Source: Candidatus Caldarchaeum sp. (GTDB lineage: Archaea > Thermoproteota > Nitrososphaeria_A > Caldarchaeales > Caldarchaeaceae). Taken from it: a stretch of DNA of 64,000 bases. The DNA is taken from positions 505-64,504 of the forward strand of contig JAWAFZ010000005.1 in the NCBI GenBank assembly GCA_038890155.1, in the 5' to 3' direction. Position 1 is the stretch's first letter; every line of letters begins with the position of its first letter. The notes below the pieces were generated by a model. The model did not search any database. It was not told the origin of the DNA and saw nothing but the letters and a program-made list of their open reading frames with translations. Positions 1-9,442 of the stretch are shown here, one piece after another. The translations under genes were made by a program, and so were the position numbers.

Positions 1-907
1 TGGAAGTCAGGGAAGAGCACAGGCCCTCAACATGCGGGACTCTGGTCTGAAGGTTGTTGTCGGGCTTCGGAGGGGAGGAAACTCTTGGCGGAAAGCTGAG
101 GAAGACGGGTTTAAGCCGCTCACGGTGGAGGAGGCTGCCAGTGCCGGGGACTTGGTGCACATACTCATACCCGACATGGACCAGCCCATGGTTTACCAGA
201 AGAGCATAAAGCCATACCTCCGGGCGGGCAAGACACTAGGCTTCTCTCACGGCTATAACATCCACTTCCGACAGATAGTTCCGCCTCCCGATGTAGACGT
301 CGTCTTGATGGCTCCCAAATCACCCGGCCCAAGGATGCGCGACCTCTATGTTCAGGGCAAGGGTGTCCCGGCGCTGGTCGGAGTAGGGCAGGACTACTCT
401 GGCCACGCTCTTCAGACTGCGTTAGCCATGGCTAAGGCTTGCGGATGCTCAAGGGCCGGCGTCATCGAGACAACATTCAAGGACGAGACGGAGACAGACC
501 TTTTCGGCGAGCAGGCTGTTCTCGTGGGAGGAGTCATGGAGCTTATCAGGAACGGCTTCGAGGTCCTCGTCGAGAACGGCTACCCTGCTGAGCTTGCTTA
601 CTTCGAGGTTCTGAACGAGCTGAAGCTCATCGTCGACTTAATCTACCAAGGCGGCATGGTGCACATGCTGAAATCGGTCTCCGACACAGCCAAGTACGGA
701 GGCCTGACCGTCGGGCCCCTGATAGTCGACAGCCACGTAAGAAAGAACATGGAGAAAGCCCTAGAACGCGTGAAGTCCGGGGAGTTTGCCGAGACCTGGA
801 CAGGCAACCCACGAGCCTACGATATTCTGAACGACTTGATGAAGAAGATGGCCGACCACCCCATCGAGAAGGTGGGCGAGAAAATAAGGAAGATGGCCAA
901 TATATAG
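1..907 (+). CDS. ilvC: Ketol-acid reductoisomerase, 3' portion (N-terminus lies upstream of the window)
   Basis: Translation begins mid-domain (..[15 protein letters not shown]..). KARI C-terminal knotted domain residues are present ([21 protein letters not shown]). The open frame reaches position 1. Confidence 0.9.
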   Translation, partial: GSQGRAQALNMRDSGLKVVVGLRRGGNSWRKAEEDGFKPLTVEEAASAGDLVHILIPDMDQPMVYQKSIKPYLRAGKTLGFSHGYNIHFRQIVPPPDVDVVLMAPKSPGPRMRDLYVQGKGVPALVGVGQDYSGHALQTALAMAKACGCSRAGVIETTFKDETETDLFGEQAVLVGGVMELIRNGFEVLVENGYPAELAYFEVLNELKLIVDLIYQGGMVHMLKSVSDTAKYGGLTVGPLIVDSHVRKNMEKALERVKSGEFAETWTGNPRAYDILNDLMKKMADHPIEKVGEKIRKMANI

Positions 908-946
908 AAGACAAAAATAGGGGGAGCATTCAGTTTAATCGGTCCC

Positions 947-1924
947 TTGAGAAGGAGGAAGACGACTACCAGTAGTTTCGGCTCGCCGGGTAGGGTGGGG
1001 CATGACGCAACACCGTTCTACAACCGCAAGCTCTACGATGATGTAAAAGCCCAGAAGCCGGAGCCATCAGAGCTTGTTGAAAACCCTGTTCCCGAAGAAT
1101 TTTTGGACAAGGTCGTCTATGGCGACGCCATCCACGTGCTCAGGAAACTACCAGATAACTGCATTCACTTAATGGTCACATCACCACCTTACAATGTGGG
1201 GAAAGAATATGATAGGGACCTGACCCTCGGTGAGTATCTCCAGTTCATCGCTGACGTCATGGATGAGGTTTATAGAGTGTTGGTATGGGGTGGTCGTGCA
1301 TGTTTTAATGTGGCAAATCTAGGCCGTAAGCCCTACATCCCTCTACACGCATATCTTTCCAACGTGTTTGAGCGTTTAGGCTTCATGATTAGGGGCGAGG
1401 TCGTATGGGACAAGGGAGACGCCGTAAGCGGCGCATCAACCGCTTGGGGGTCGTGGCAGTCGGCTGTCAACCCCGTTTTAAGGGACCAGCATGAATACAT
1501 CATAATTATGTCAAAGGGCACGTTCCGCAGAGAAAGTGTTGGTAAGGAGAGCACTATAACCCGGGAAGAGTTCCTAGAGTTCACCAAGAGCGTGTGGAGG
1601 TTCTCACCCGAGTCCGCTAAAAGGGTTGGCCACCCAGCGCCATTCCCCGAGGAATTACCGTACCGCTGCATACAGCTTTACAGTCTTAAGGATGACGTGG
1701 TGCTGGACCCATTCGTAGGCTCTGGAACAACATGCGTTGCAGCTCTTAAGACAGGCAGACACTACATCGGAATAGACGTCGATGCGGACTATGTCAACAT
1801 AGCTGAAAAAAGGCTGGCAGAGCTACAGGTAGATAGGAAAGTAAGTCGCGAGAGTCTTTTCAACAATCCATACCACTCGCTCCAGTATTCGGCTATTAGA
1901 GAATCTAATTTTAATGGCTCATAG
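947..1924 (+). CDS. DNA methyltransferase, N4-cytosine/N6-adenine (beta-class, DNA_methylase_N4_N6 family)
   Basis: Motif IV SPPY at LMVTSPPYNV. SAM-binding FxGxG-like DPFVGSGTT lies near the C-terminus, giving the beta-class permuted order. Local GC (~50%) is below the window average. Confidence 0.8.
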   Translation: MRRRKTTTSSFGSPGRVGHDATPFYNRKLYDDVKAQKPEPSELVENPVPEEFLDKVVYGDAIHVLRKLPDNCIHLMVTSPPYNVGKEYDRDLTLGEYLQFIADVMDEVYRVLVWGGRACFNVANLGRKPYIPLHAYLSNVFERLGFMIRGEVVWDKGDAVSGASTAWGSWQSAVNPVLRDQHEYIIIMSKGTFRRESVGKESTITREEFLEFTKSVWRFSPESAKRVGHPAPFPEELPYRCIQLYSLKDDVVLDPFVGSGTTCVAALKTGRHYIGIDVDADYVNIAEKRLAELQVDRKVSRESLFNNPYHSLQYSAIRESNFNGS

Positions 1925-2482
1925 TTTGTCGAGACGTAGTTCCCCGACTTCACTGCAGTCTCCATCAATTTCTTAACAGCCACAGTAGCAATCCCATAGC
2001 CTCTTGGATTGGTGCCTCCACGAGGCATCCACCACATCCTATCCCCCAGATCTCTCCTGACTCTTTTTAGGTCGTCAACATCAAAGACGTATACGGCTAA
2101 TTCCTTCATTCGCTTGCTATTCTTAACGTATTGGATGCATGAATTTATGCATCCGAGCCCTCTCTATTGATGGAAAACCATCCCACGCTATCTTTATTGG
2201 TAAGACACCTTCAGAAGTCTTTAACCTGTAAAATCTTTCCTTATTGCCTATCAATACGCTGAAGTCCCACGACCTCTCCATGTAGGGTGCTGCCGTCACT
2301 TGAGCTCATTTTCCAGTACGAGGCGTATGAGGTTCTCCCTCCTAATCCCGACATCAGGAGATTTACTTTCTAAGTATAATAAATCCCAGGCCCGGCCGAG
2401 GAATTTCAAAACGTCGAGCCTGCTCTTCAGAAGAGCGATCAGCTCGTCCACAATTATTTCCAAACTCTAGCGATTATATACT

Positions 2483-2956
2483 TTAAAGTCTGGGCTTTCT
2501 GTACAGGTAGATGGTGTGCTTGTTGAACCTCTCCCAGTGTTCGGGCCTCCATCCGGGTATTGGGTAGTCGTGGCAGACGACGCGTGCGGTTGGCTTTAGC
2601 TCCTGCTCCAGCTTAGGCCTGAGCCTTCCGAGTAGGTCTTTCGTCAAGTAGAGGGCTACGACGTCTGCGTCGTGGAGAGGCATGCTGAACATGTCTTTCC
2701 TAACAACGGTTATTCTGTCGTCGAGACGGAGAGCTCTTACCCTGTTCCGGACGTGAGCCACTAGGCTGGGCCGCAGCTCGCAGCCCACCGCCGAAGCCTT
2801 GAATTTTCTGGCAGCGGTTGTTAGAACCCGGCCATCGCCGCATCCTAGGTCGTAGACTTTCTCGCCCTCGTCGAGACCAGCCAGGCTCAGCATCCTTTCC
2901 ACAACATCAGCTGGTGATGGTACGAACGGAACGAGTTTCTTACCATTCATGGGCAT
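2483..2956 (-). CDS. Small class I SAM-dependent methyltransferase
   Basis: 157 aa with glycine-rich motif I VYDLGCGDGRVL. Acidic motif II follows (VVRKDMF). Confidence 0.6.
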   Translation of the reverse strand: MPMNGKKLVPFVPSPADVVERMLSLAGLDEGEKVYDLGCGDGRVLTTAARKFKASAVGCELRPSLVAHVRNRVRALRLDDRITVVRKDMFSMPLHDADVVALYLTKDLLGRLRPKLEQELKPTARVVCHDYPIPGWRPEHWERFNKHTIYLYRKPRL

Positions 2957-3002
2957 GAATGTGTTGAACGTTCTTTAAGATTTTTCGCCAACTAGGCGTA
3001 GT

Positions 3003-3629
3003 TCATTCGTGGAGGAAGCCTCTCGGCTTGGGCCTGAGATACTCCGGCATCCGCCGCTCGAACGACTCTATCGATTTACTGTACTTTTCGACGGTCAGCT
3101 GTATGTCGTCCAGTCCTCTCATCAACCGCTCCTTAATGTGGGGCTCGATGTCGAACTTGACCTCTTCACCGGCGTATGAAACGGTCTGGCTTCCGAGGTC
3201 TATTGTTAGGCGGAGGTCTCCCTTCTTGGCTAGGTTCCGAAGCCTAGCCACTTTGTCGTCGGGCAGCTTGACGCAGACGAGGCCGTTTTTGCTTGCGTTG
3301 ACGTAGAAGATGTCGCCGAAGCTCGATGCTATGACGCACTTGATCCCAAAGTCGGTCAAAGCCCAGACGGCGTTTTCACGGCTGGAGCCTATTCCGAAAT
3401 TACGGCCAGCGACGAGGATTTCAGCTCCACGGTATTCAGGTCTGTCGAGGACAAAATCGCCCTTCAGCTCGCCGCTCTCACCATAACGCCAGCGGTAGAA
3501 CAAGTATCTTCCAAGCCCCTTACGCTCGATAACCTTGAGAAACTCGGCTGGAATAATCTGGTCGGTGTCGACGTCGTCCGCCTCGAGCGGAGCAGCCTTC
3601 CCCACTATTCGAGCAACAGCCTCAGGCAA
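3003..3629 (-). CDS. leuD: Aconitase-family small subunit (LeuD-like 3-isopropylmalate/homoaconitate dehydratase small subunit)
   Basis: 208 aa. N-terminal DVDTDQIIPAEFLK swivel-domain signature. GRNFGIGSSRE motif is typical of the LeuD/aconitase C-terminal domain. Confidence 0.75.
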   Translation of the reverse strand: MPEAVARIVGKAAPLEADDVDTDQIIPAEFLKVIERKGLGRYLFYRWRYGESGELKGDFVLDRPEYRGAEILVAGRNFGIGSSRENAVWALTDFGIKCVIASSFGDIFYVNASKNGLVCVKLPDDKVARLRNLAKKGDLRLTIDLGSQTVSYAGEEVKFDIEPHIKERLMRGLDDIQLTVEKYSKSIESFERRMPEYLRPKPRGFLHE

Positions 3630-3714
3630 GGCGAAAATATCTTAACATCCGTCTATTTAACCGAGAATCCTCGTCTATTGATATTTTTATTAACACGGTT
3701 TCCCCCGCTCCTCA

Positions 3715-4614
3715 TTGGCAGGCTCGCCCGTCATAGTCGCCGAGCAGCTGAGTGAGAAGTATGGTGATTACGTTGCTGTTGACCGTGTTTCTTTCAGCGT
3801 TTCTGAGGGCGAGGTTTTTTCGCTGCTGGGGCCCAACGGTGCTGGAAAGACAACGACCGTTGAGATGCTCGAGTGTTTTAGGACGCCGACTTCGGGCGCC
3901 GCCTACGTAAAAGGCCTCAACATCAGAAACATCTCGGACGTCAAGCAGATTAAGAAGATGATAGGCGTCCTGCCGCAGGAGTTTAACGCAGTCGCCAACC
4001 TCACGGTTGCTGAAAACGTGCAGCTGGCTGCCGCTGCAAGAGGAGCCAAGGGCGTCGGACAGATTCTCGACGACCTGGGTGTATGGGAGTACCGGAACAA
4101 GATCTTCTCCAAGCTTTCAGGCGGCTTGAAGAGAAGGGTTGGGCTGGCCATGGCTTTGGTGGGCGAGCCCGAGATAGTTTTTCTCGACGAGCCTACGACT
4201 GGCCTCGACCCAGAGGATAGGCGCGAGACATGGCTGTATGTCAGGAGGCTGAAGGCTTGTGGGAAGACTGTCGTGCTGACCACGCACTACATGGAGGAGG
4301 CGGAGACCTTGAGCGACCATGTCGTGATAATCGTCAAGGGACGGATAGCTGCGCAAGGAAAGGTGAGAGAACTCATAGCGAAGCACCGAGGAAGAACAAA
4401 GCTAGTCTTCGAGGGCCTCGACGAGAGGGTTTTAGCTTCGCTGAGAAACAAGGGTTTTGAGGCTGAGCAGACGCCGGAAGGCCGCACCGTTGTGCGCATA
4501 TCTAACGATTCTGAGATCGTTGAAGTGCTGTCGAATCTCAGGGACATGTTTATTGAGGCTTATCCCGAAATAAGGCAGGCTGGTCTGGAGGATGTCTTCC
4601 TGTCCGTCATATGA
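3715..4614 (+). CDS. ABC transporter ATP-binding protein (ABC-2/DrrA-type exporter)
   Basis: Walker A GPNGAGKTT, signature LSGGLKRR, Walker B VFLDEPTTGLD, H-loop. Confidence 0.85.
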   Translation: MAGSPVIVAEQLSEKYGDYVAVDRVSFSVSEGEVFSLLGPNGAGKTTTVEMLECFRTPTSGAAYVKGLNIRNISDVKQIKKMIGVLPQEFNAVANLTVAENVQLAAAARGAKGVGQILDDLGVWEYRNKIFSKLSGGLKRRVGLAMALVGEPEIVFLDEPTTGLDPEDRRETWLYVRRLKACGKTVVLTTHYMEEAETLSDHVVIIVKGRIAAQGKVRELIAKHRGRTKLVFEGLDERVLASLRNKGFEAEQTPEGRTVVRISNDSEIVEVLSNLRDMFIEAYPEIRQAGLEDVFLSVI

Positions 4615-4643
4615 TCGAGGCTTTCTGAGGAGGGGTTGCTGGT

Positions 4644-5885
4644 GTGAGCTCTCTCACAACCCTGATTAAGCTGCTGTTCAAGACATGGGTCCGGAGTAAA
4701 ATCAGCATTTTTTCGGCGTAGCCTTTCCAATAATGCTGCTGCTTGTCTTCGGCAGTATATTCGGCGGCCCATCTCCTCCCAACTACCGGCTTTATGCTAG
4801 GAACCTCGACGTCGACCAGAACGGAAACCCCATGCCGCTTTCGGATGCATTCGTAAAAGCTCTCAACAGCAGCGTCTTCGAAATCATCCCCCCTCAAGCC
4901 CGGCGACCCAACCCCTAAATCCACAGGGTTTGCAGCGGTCAGAATACTCACGGTCCCCGAGGGGTTCACAGGAAGCGTACTCAACATGACCATGGCCAAC
5001 CGAGTGAACATAATGCAGGACACCATTCTAAGACTCGTTCAAACGGCTGGGGAGCAGATTCCGGAGGAGATGCGAGCCAACATCACGGCGTCGATGCAGC
5101 AGATAAACATGTTTAAACAGTCAATAAAGGCTGAGCGAAAGACGCTAATCCTTGAAGGCAGCCCCGACGACGGAGCCCTCCAACCCATAGAAGGCATAAT
5201 CAACATCATAGCATCCAAGTTTGAGACAGCTCTGCTAAACGCCTCGTCGACGATGGCGATAAAACTCGTCTACAGCGAGGCCAGACAGCTTCGTGCAGTC
5301 GATTACTATCTACCCGGATACATAGCGGCGTTCATAATGACCAACGGGTTGATCGGTGTTTCTTCGCTGGTTTCAGACTTCAACCGGCGTGGAGTCGTAA
5401 AGCTTCTCGCCTCAACCCCCATCCCGAAGTCTTACTGGATTGTCTCTCTGGTTATCGTTCAAACTTTTGCGGCTTTGCTTTTGACGGCTGTCATGGTCGC
5501 AGTCGGGTTTGCTGTGTTCAGGATAACAGCCGTTCCTGACATCTTCAGCCTGACGGTTCTTTTACTGGGAACTTTGGCTTTCACAGGACTCGGCGTGCTG
5601 ATAGGAGGCGTGGTAAGGGAAGCTGAAGCGGTCACCGCTCTCGGAAACATGCTTTCCCTCCCCATGATGTTTTTATCAGGTGCTTTCTGGCCTTTGGAGA
5701 TAATGCCCGAGTTTCTTCAGGAGACCGCAAAATACGTGCCACTCTACTATTTCCACGCAGCTTTGAGGGAGACGCTGGTGAAGGGGTCTGTCTCAGCGGC
5801 CTTGGCGCCGTCTCTGGTGCTCTTAGCCATGGCGGCCGTAGGCATGTCTCTGGCAATCTTTACGACTAGGTGGCGGGACTTCTAG
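4644..5885 (+). pseudogene. ABC-2 family permease, reading frame interrupted twice at homopolymer runs (T6 at 4708-4713, C6 at 4888-4893). Either a genuine pseudogene or sequencing indels.
   Basis: Three consecutive protein-like segments lie in frames 0/+2/0: VSSLTTLIKLLFKTWVRSKISIF | (F)GVAFPIMLLLVFGSIFGG..VFEIIPP | LKPGDPTPKS..MTMANRVNIM... The two shifts cancel. The C-terminal 4986-5885 segment has 6 TM helices typical of ABC-2 permeases. GGAGG lies 8 nt before GTG 4644. Confidence 0.6.
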
Positions 5886-6787
5886 CTGCTGAACTGTTCA
5901 GACAGAGACGGAAGCAGCTTTTCAGCAATAATCCTAACGCCCTCAACCGGGTTCGGCGAGACTGGGTGGCCGAAACATAGATGCGACACCCCGGAACGCA
6001 GCAGCGCCATGCATTTCTCCAACACCTCTTCAACCGAGCCGCAGACCGCAAAGCTATCAAGCATCCTAGCCCTAACCTCGTCATCTGCTTCATCCAAGTC
6101 GCAAGGCTCGAGACCAGCGGCCCTAAGCATGGGAGAGCCGTCCACGAGGTCGACGACGTATCTTCTAAGCTCTTCGATAAAGCGGTCAATCTCCTCCTGC
6201 TTTTCCGAGATGAAGGAGAAAGGTCTTGCGACAAGCTCTTTATCAGCTCCACCAGACTCATCCATCCATCTCCGCATCTCCCTGGCGTAAGCAGGGTTTG
6301 CAAGGTTGTCAACCACAATTCCTTTGACGTCGTGCAGAGCAGAGGCCTTGCGGGTCAACAGAGGCCCGCTCGTGCCGACATACACTACGGGTTTGCTTTC
6401 CCTAGCCCATTCAATCCTGTCAATCTCCTCGAAGGTCTGTCTCACGGCGTCCGCAACCTCTTGAACCGTAGCCCTTCCAGCTCCCATGTAAGCTCCCCGG
6501 GAGATTCCGAGCAAGGCCCCGGGGCTCACGGATTGTAGGTAGGCGAGGAGGCGAGCGTTGACAACCGGGCTGTAGAGCTTCGCCGGAACAGTGACGGGCC
6601 CTAGCTTTATTCTTCTGACGTGATGCGCTACAGCTAGAGCGATGCCCCATGCAGGCCTGTAGGGTAGATGCTCGTAGAACTGCAGCGAGTAAAAACCAGC
6701 GGCGTCCATCCGTGAAGCAATCTCCAGATAGGTCGCAAGCGATTTATCTCCCTCAACAGCGACGCTTACCTTGACCATCGTAGACAA
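5882..6787 (-). CDS. Luciferase-like monooxygenase (LLM) family flavin/F420-dependent oxidoreductase
   Basis: 301 aa TIM-barrel LLM pattern (MSTMVKVSVAVEGD..., LGxGxG-like region GISRGAYMGAG). Confidence 0.6.
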   Translation of the reverse strand: MSTMVKVSVAVEGDKSLATYLEIASRMDAAGFYSLQFYEHLPYRPAWGIALAVAHHVRRIKLGPVTVPAKLYSPVVNARLLAYLQSVSPGALLGISRGAYMGAGRATVQEVADAVRQTFEEIDRIEWARESKPVVYVGTSGPLLTRKASALHDVKGIVVDNLANPAYAREMRRWMDESGGADKELVARPFSFISEKQEEIDRFIEELRRYVVDLVDGSPMLRAAGLEPCDLDEADDEVRARMLDSFAVCGSVEEVLEKCMALLRSGVSHLCFGHPVSPNPVEGVRIIAEKLLPSLSEQFSS

Positions 6788-6943
6788 ACATCGCCTCCCT
6801 CTAAAAATCCTTGAAGTATGGCGATAGTTCTCGACACCTCATCGGCTCGGGCTTGTCTTGGGATTGTGCTGTGTGTTGTTGCCGGGTTAATGGAGCGGTG
6901 TATGGCTTGATGTTGGAGAAGGCTAGGCTGAGGAGGCGTGGCT

Positions 6944-6956
6944 CAAGTATTTTACG
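6944..6956 (+). promoter_or_regulatory. TATA-like box (AAGTATTTTAC) about 27 nt upstream of the pyruvate kinase GTG
   Basis: A/T-rich hexamer in a GC-rich context at the archaeal -26/-27 position. No SD is needed if the transcript is leaderless. Confidence 0.3.
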
Positions 6957-6977
6957 TTGGCGTTGGTTGTGGTTTTT

Positions 6978-8339
6978 GTGAAGACTAAGCTGGCCTGCAC
7001 GCTCGGCCCTTCGCTTTCAGCTGCCGAGGACATAGCCAAGGCCATATCTCTGGGCTGCAGGGTTTTTAGGATAAACTTCAGCCACGGCGACCCGGCTTTC
7101 TGGAGGAGGCTAGTTGAGGCTGCGAGGGAGGCTGCTGAAAAAGCTGGGTGCAGAATTGTCTTGGTGGGTGATTTGAAGGGCAACTCTGTGAGAGTTGCAG
7201 GCCTTGATAAACCGTTGTTTCTCAACGTAGGGGAGACCGTTTCCTTCCACCTTGATTCCGGCGTCAAACTCCCCCATCCCGAGTTCTTCAAAACAGTGGA
7301 AATAGGGGACATGCTCGTCACTGACGACGGAAGGGGAATGCTAAAGGTTGTCGGCAGAACGGAATCTTCAATCACGGCCGAGGCCATTCGTCAAGTCGCC
7401 TTATCACCCAACAAATCCGTCGTAATCAGAGGTAAGGAAGTGGCATCACAAAATTATCTAGAAGACAGCCGGCAGCAGATTGACTCCGCCATGGAGCTGG
7501 GCATGGACTTCTTAGGCTTAAGCTTCGTCAGAAACCCTGAAGACGTTCTCTCAGTCAAATCCTACTTAGAGTCTGCGGGCTCGAAGATAGGGTTGATAGC
7601 CAAGGTTGAAACTCCTTCATCGGTTAGGAACATAGAGAGGATAGCCGAGGTTTCCGACGCTGTTTTGATAGCCCGCGGCGACCTTGGGATGCATTTTCAG
7701 CTCGAAATAGTTCCTCGGCTGCAGAAGACGATAATAGAGGTTGCGTTCAAAGCCTGCAAACCCGTCATAGTGGCGACGCAGCTTCTCGGCACCATGGTTA
7801 ACGAGCCTGTTCCGTCGAGAAGCGAGATAGTCGACGTTATGTCATGTGTTGAGGATGGTGTTGATGTTTTAATGCTGACGGCTGAAACGGCTGTGGGCAG
7901 GTACCCGCTCGAGTCAATTCAGTGGTTGGCTAACATAGCTGAAACCTATGAAAAAGGCGTCAGGCCCCGTAGAACGCTTCCGCCTGACGCAGAGGTTCTG
8001 GACAGGTTCGCATTATCCGTGGTCAACCTCGCCGAGTCTCTGGCCGCTCGGATAGCAATATTCACCATGAACGGAAACATGGCGCGACGGATAGCACGGT
8101 TCAAGCCCGTTAGCGGGGTAATCGCAGCAACCCCGAACACCCACGTACTTCCACGCCTCGAATTGATGTGGGGAGTCATGCCGATTGTTGTCGAGGCTCG
8201 AAACTACACGGAGGGCCTTGAAAAGCTGGAGCAAACGCTTGAAGAGAGAGGGATAGCCGAAAGCGGCGAGACATTCGTGCTTACCTACGGGCTGGTCGAA
8301 GAACCCGTCCACATAGTGAAGATGAAAAAATATCAATAA
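6978..8339 (+). CDS. pyk: Pyruvate kinase
   Basis: VKTKLACTLGPS N-terminus matches the PK start consensus (TKIVCTLGP). Also MVARGDLG and ATQLL/ML motifs. Alternative TTG start at 6957. Confidence 0.85.
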   Translation: MKTKLACTLGPSLSAAEDIAKAISLGCRVFRINFSHGDPAFWRRLVEAAREAAEKAGCRIVLVGDLKGNSVRVAGLDKPLFLNVGETVSFHLDSGVKLPHPEFFKTVEIGDMLVTDDGRGMLKVVGRTESSITAEAIRQVALSPNKSVVIRGKEVASQNYLEDSRQQIDSAMELGMDFLGLSFVRNPEDVLSVKSYLESAGSKIGLIAKVETPSSVRNIERIAEVSDAVLIARGDLGMHFQLEIVPRLQKTIIEVAFKACKPVIVATQLLGTMVNEPVPSRSEIVDVMSCVEDGVDVLMLTAETAVGRYPLESIQWLANIAETYEKGVRPRRTLPPDAEVLDRFALSVVNLAESLAARIAIFTMNGNMARRIARFKPVSGVIAATPNTHVLPRLELMWGVMPIVVEARNYTEGLEKLEQTLEERGIAESGETFVLTYGLVEEPVHIVKMKKYQ

Positions 8340-8341
8340 AA

Positions 8342-9181
8342 CTACTGGGGTGGTGGGGGCGGTGGCGGTGGGCTTCTTCCACGCCTACCCATCACTGCAG
8401 CTACTCCTCCGACTGCCGCCGCAACTACTGTGGCTGCGACGAGCAATAGGCGCTGTTGCTCAAGGCTGTTGCTCTTGTCGATTTCCTGTGCCAGCTTGTC
8501 TGACAACTGTTTATTGGTGGCTTGGGCTTGCTGGAGCTCACTGTTTGTCTTAGACAGTCTGTCCGTGAGGTCCCTTAAGTCAGACTCAAGCCTGCTCTTC
8601 TCCGACTGGATTTGCTGCAGCTGGCCTGATGTTTTAGCCAAGTTTTCATTAAGCGTCTTCACCTCCGTCTTCGAGGCTTCGAGCTCGGAGGCGAGCTTTT
8701 CATTCTCCTCGAGTAGTTCGTTGATGCGGTCGATGACGATCTGAGGAGTTTGGAGAACAAAGGAAGCCTCGAGTATTTGCCTGTTGTTGTAGAGCACAAC
8801 TACATTCCAAAGTCCGAGAGATCGGTTCTCATTAATGGCCAACGACGACCAGACCCAGTATGATGTGAAAACGCCTTGCTGCGTGCTTCTTAACGGGACT
8901 TCTATCACCTCACCCTTGGGGCCGACCCATCTGAACAAAAGATCGTACGGGGACTTGATTGATTCGAAAAGGACGTACAGGTATGCCCTGCTGTTAGCGG
9001 TTGTGAAGAAGCCGATCTTCTGACCGTCCACAACCACGGTAGCTGGGTTTGTCACCATGTTCCGGCTGTCCACTGCTCCGTAAAATCCATAATCCTTGAC
9101 TACGACGTCTTGAGAGAACGCAGAAGGGAGCCATAACAAAACCCCCACAAGCACAAGAGCCGTCTGGGCAGAGTATTTCAT
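8342..9181 (-). CDS. Secreted or membrane-anchored coiled-coil protein (signal peptide, beta-rich ectodomain, ~100-aa coiled coil, C-terminal TM helix, RRGRS-PPPPPPPP tail)
   Basis: N-terminus MKYSAQTALVLVGVLLWLPSAFSQ is a Sec signal. Residues ~150-250 show a heptad-like pattern (ELEASKTEVKTLNENLAKTSGQLQQIQSEKSRLESDL...). LLLVAATVVAAAVGGVAAV is a TM helix. The tail ends in 8 prolines. Confidence 0.6.
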   Translation of the reverse strand: MKYSAQTALVLVGVLLWLPSAFSQDVVVKDYGFYGAVDSRNMVTNPATVVVDGQKIGFFTTANSRAYLYVLFESIKSPYDLLFRWVGPKGEVIEVPLRSTQQGVFTSYWVWSSLAINENRSLGLWNVVVLYNNRQILEASFVLQTPQIVIDRINELLEENEKLASELEASKTEVKTLNENLAKTSGQLQQIQSEKSRLESDLRDLTDRLSKTNSELQQAQATNKQLSDKLAQEIDKSNSLEQQRLLLVAATVVAAAVGGVAAVMGRRGRSPPPPPPPPQ

Positions 9182-9200
9182 AAATAATAATATGTATGCG

Positions 9201-9212
9201 ATTATTTAAAGT
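9201..9212 (-). promoter_or_regulatory. TATA-like box (TTTAAATAAT on the minus strand) ~26 nt upstream of the 9181 start
   Basis: A/T box positioned for a leaderless transcript of the coiled-coil protein gene. Confidence 0.35.
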
Positions 9213-9442
9213 AAAAATTTTTTATGTCATCTCACTCATTTTTGGGAAGCAACCAAAAATAAGGACAACACCTGTCTTGGTTGTTTTCTAAAGCCCTTTA
9301 AGCCTGGGGCCCCGGTCAAGTCAGGGCATCAATCAGTACACGGGCCCTCTTCAGCTACTGGAATTCGTCTCTAGTATCCTGAGACTTTTCCGGTGAATTG
9401 CTTTCCTAGCTTGGTTTACTGTCGTGGTTGTGGATGTCTGTG

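Noticed and set aside
1789-2109. 106-aa minus-strand ORF as a real gene
   Set aside because: Its 3' half is antisense to the methyltransferase. Only its first ~60 codons lie in the spacer, and they look like one fragment of the decayed convergent gene described in the findings.
8430-8744. Ser-rich 104-aa + strand ORF
   Set aside because: Antisense to the coiled-coil region of the 8342-9181 gene. Its composition (S/L-rich) is the reverse-complement artefact of E/K/Q codons.
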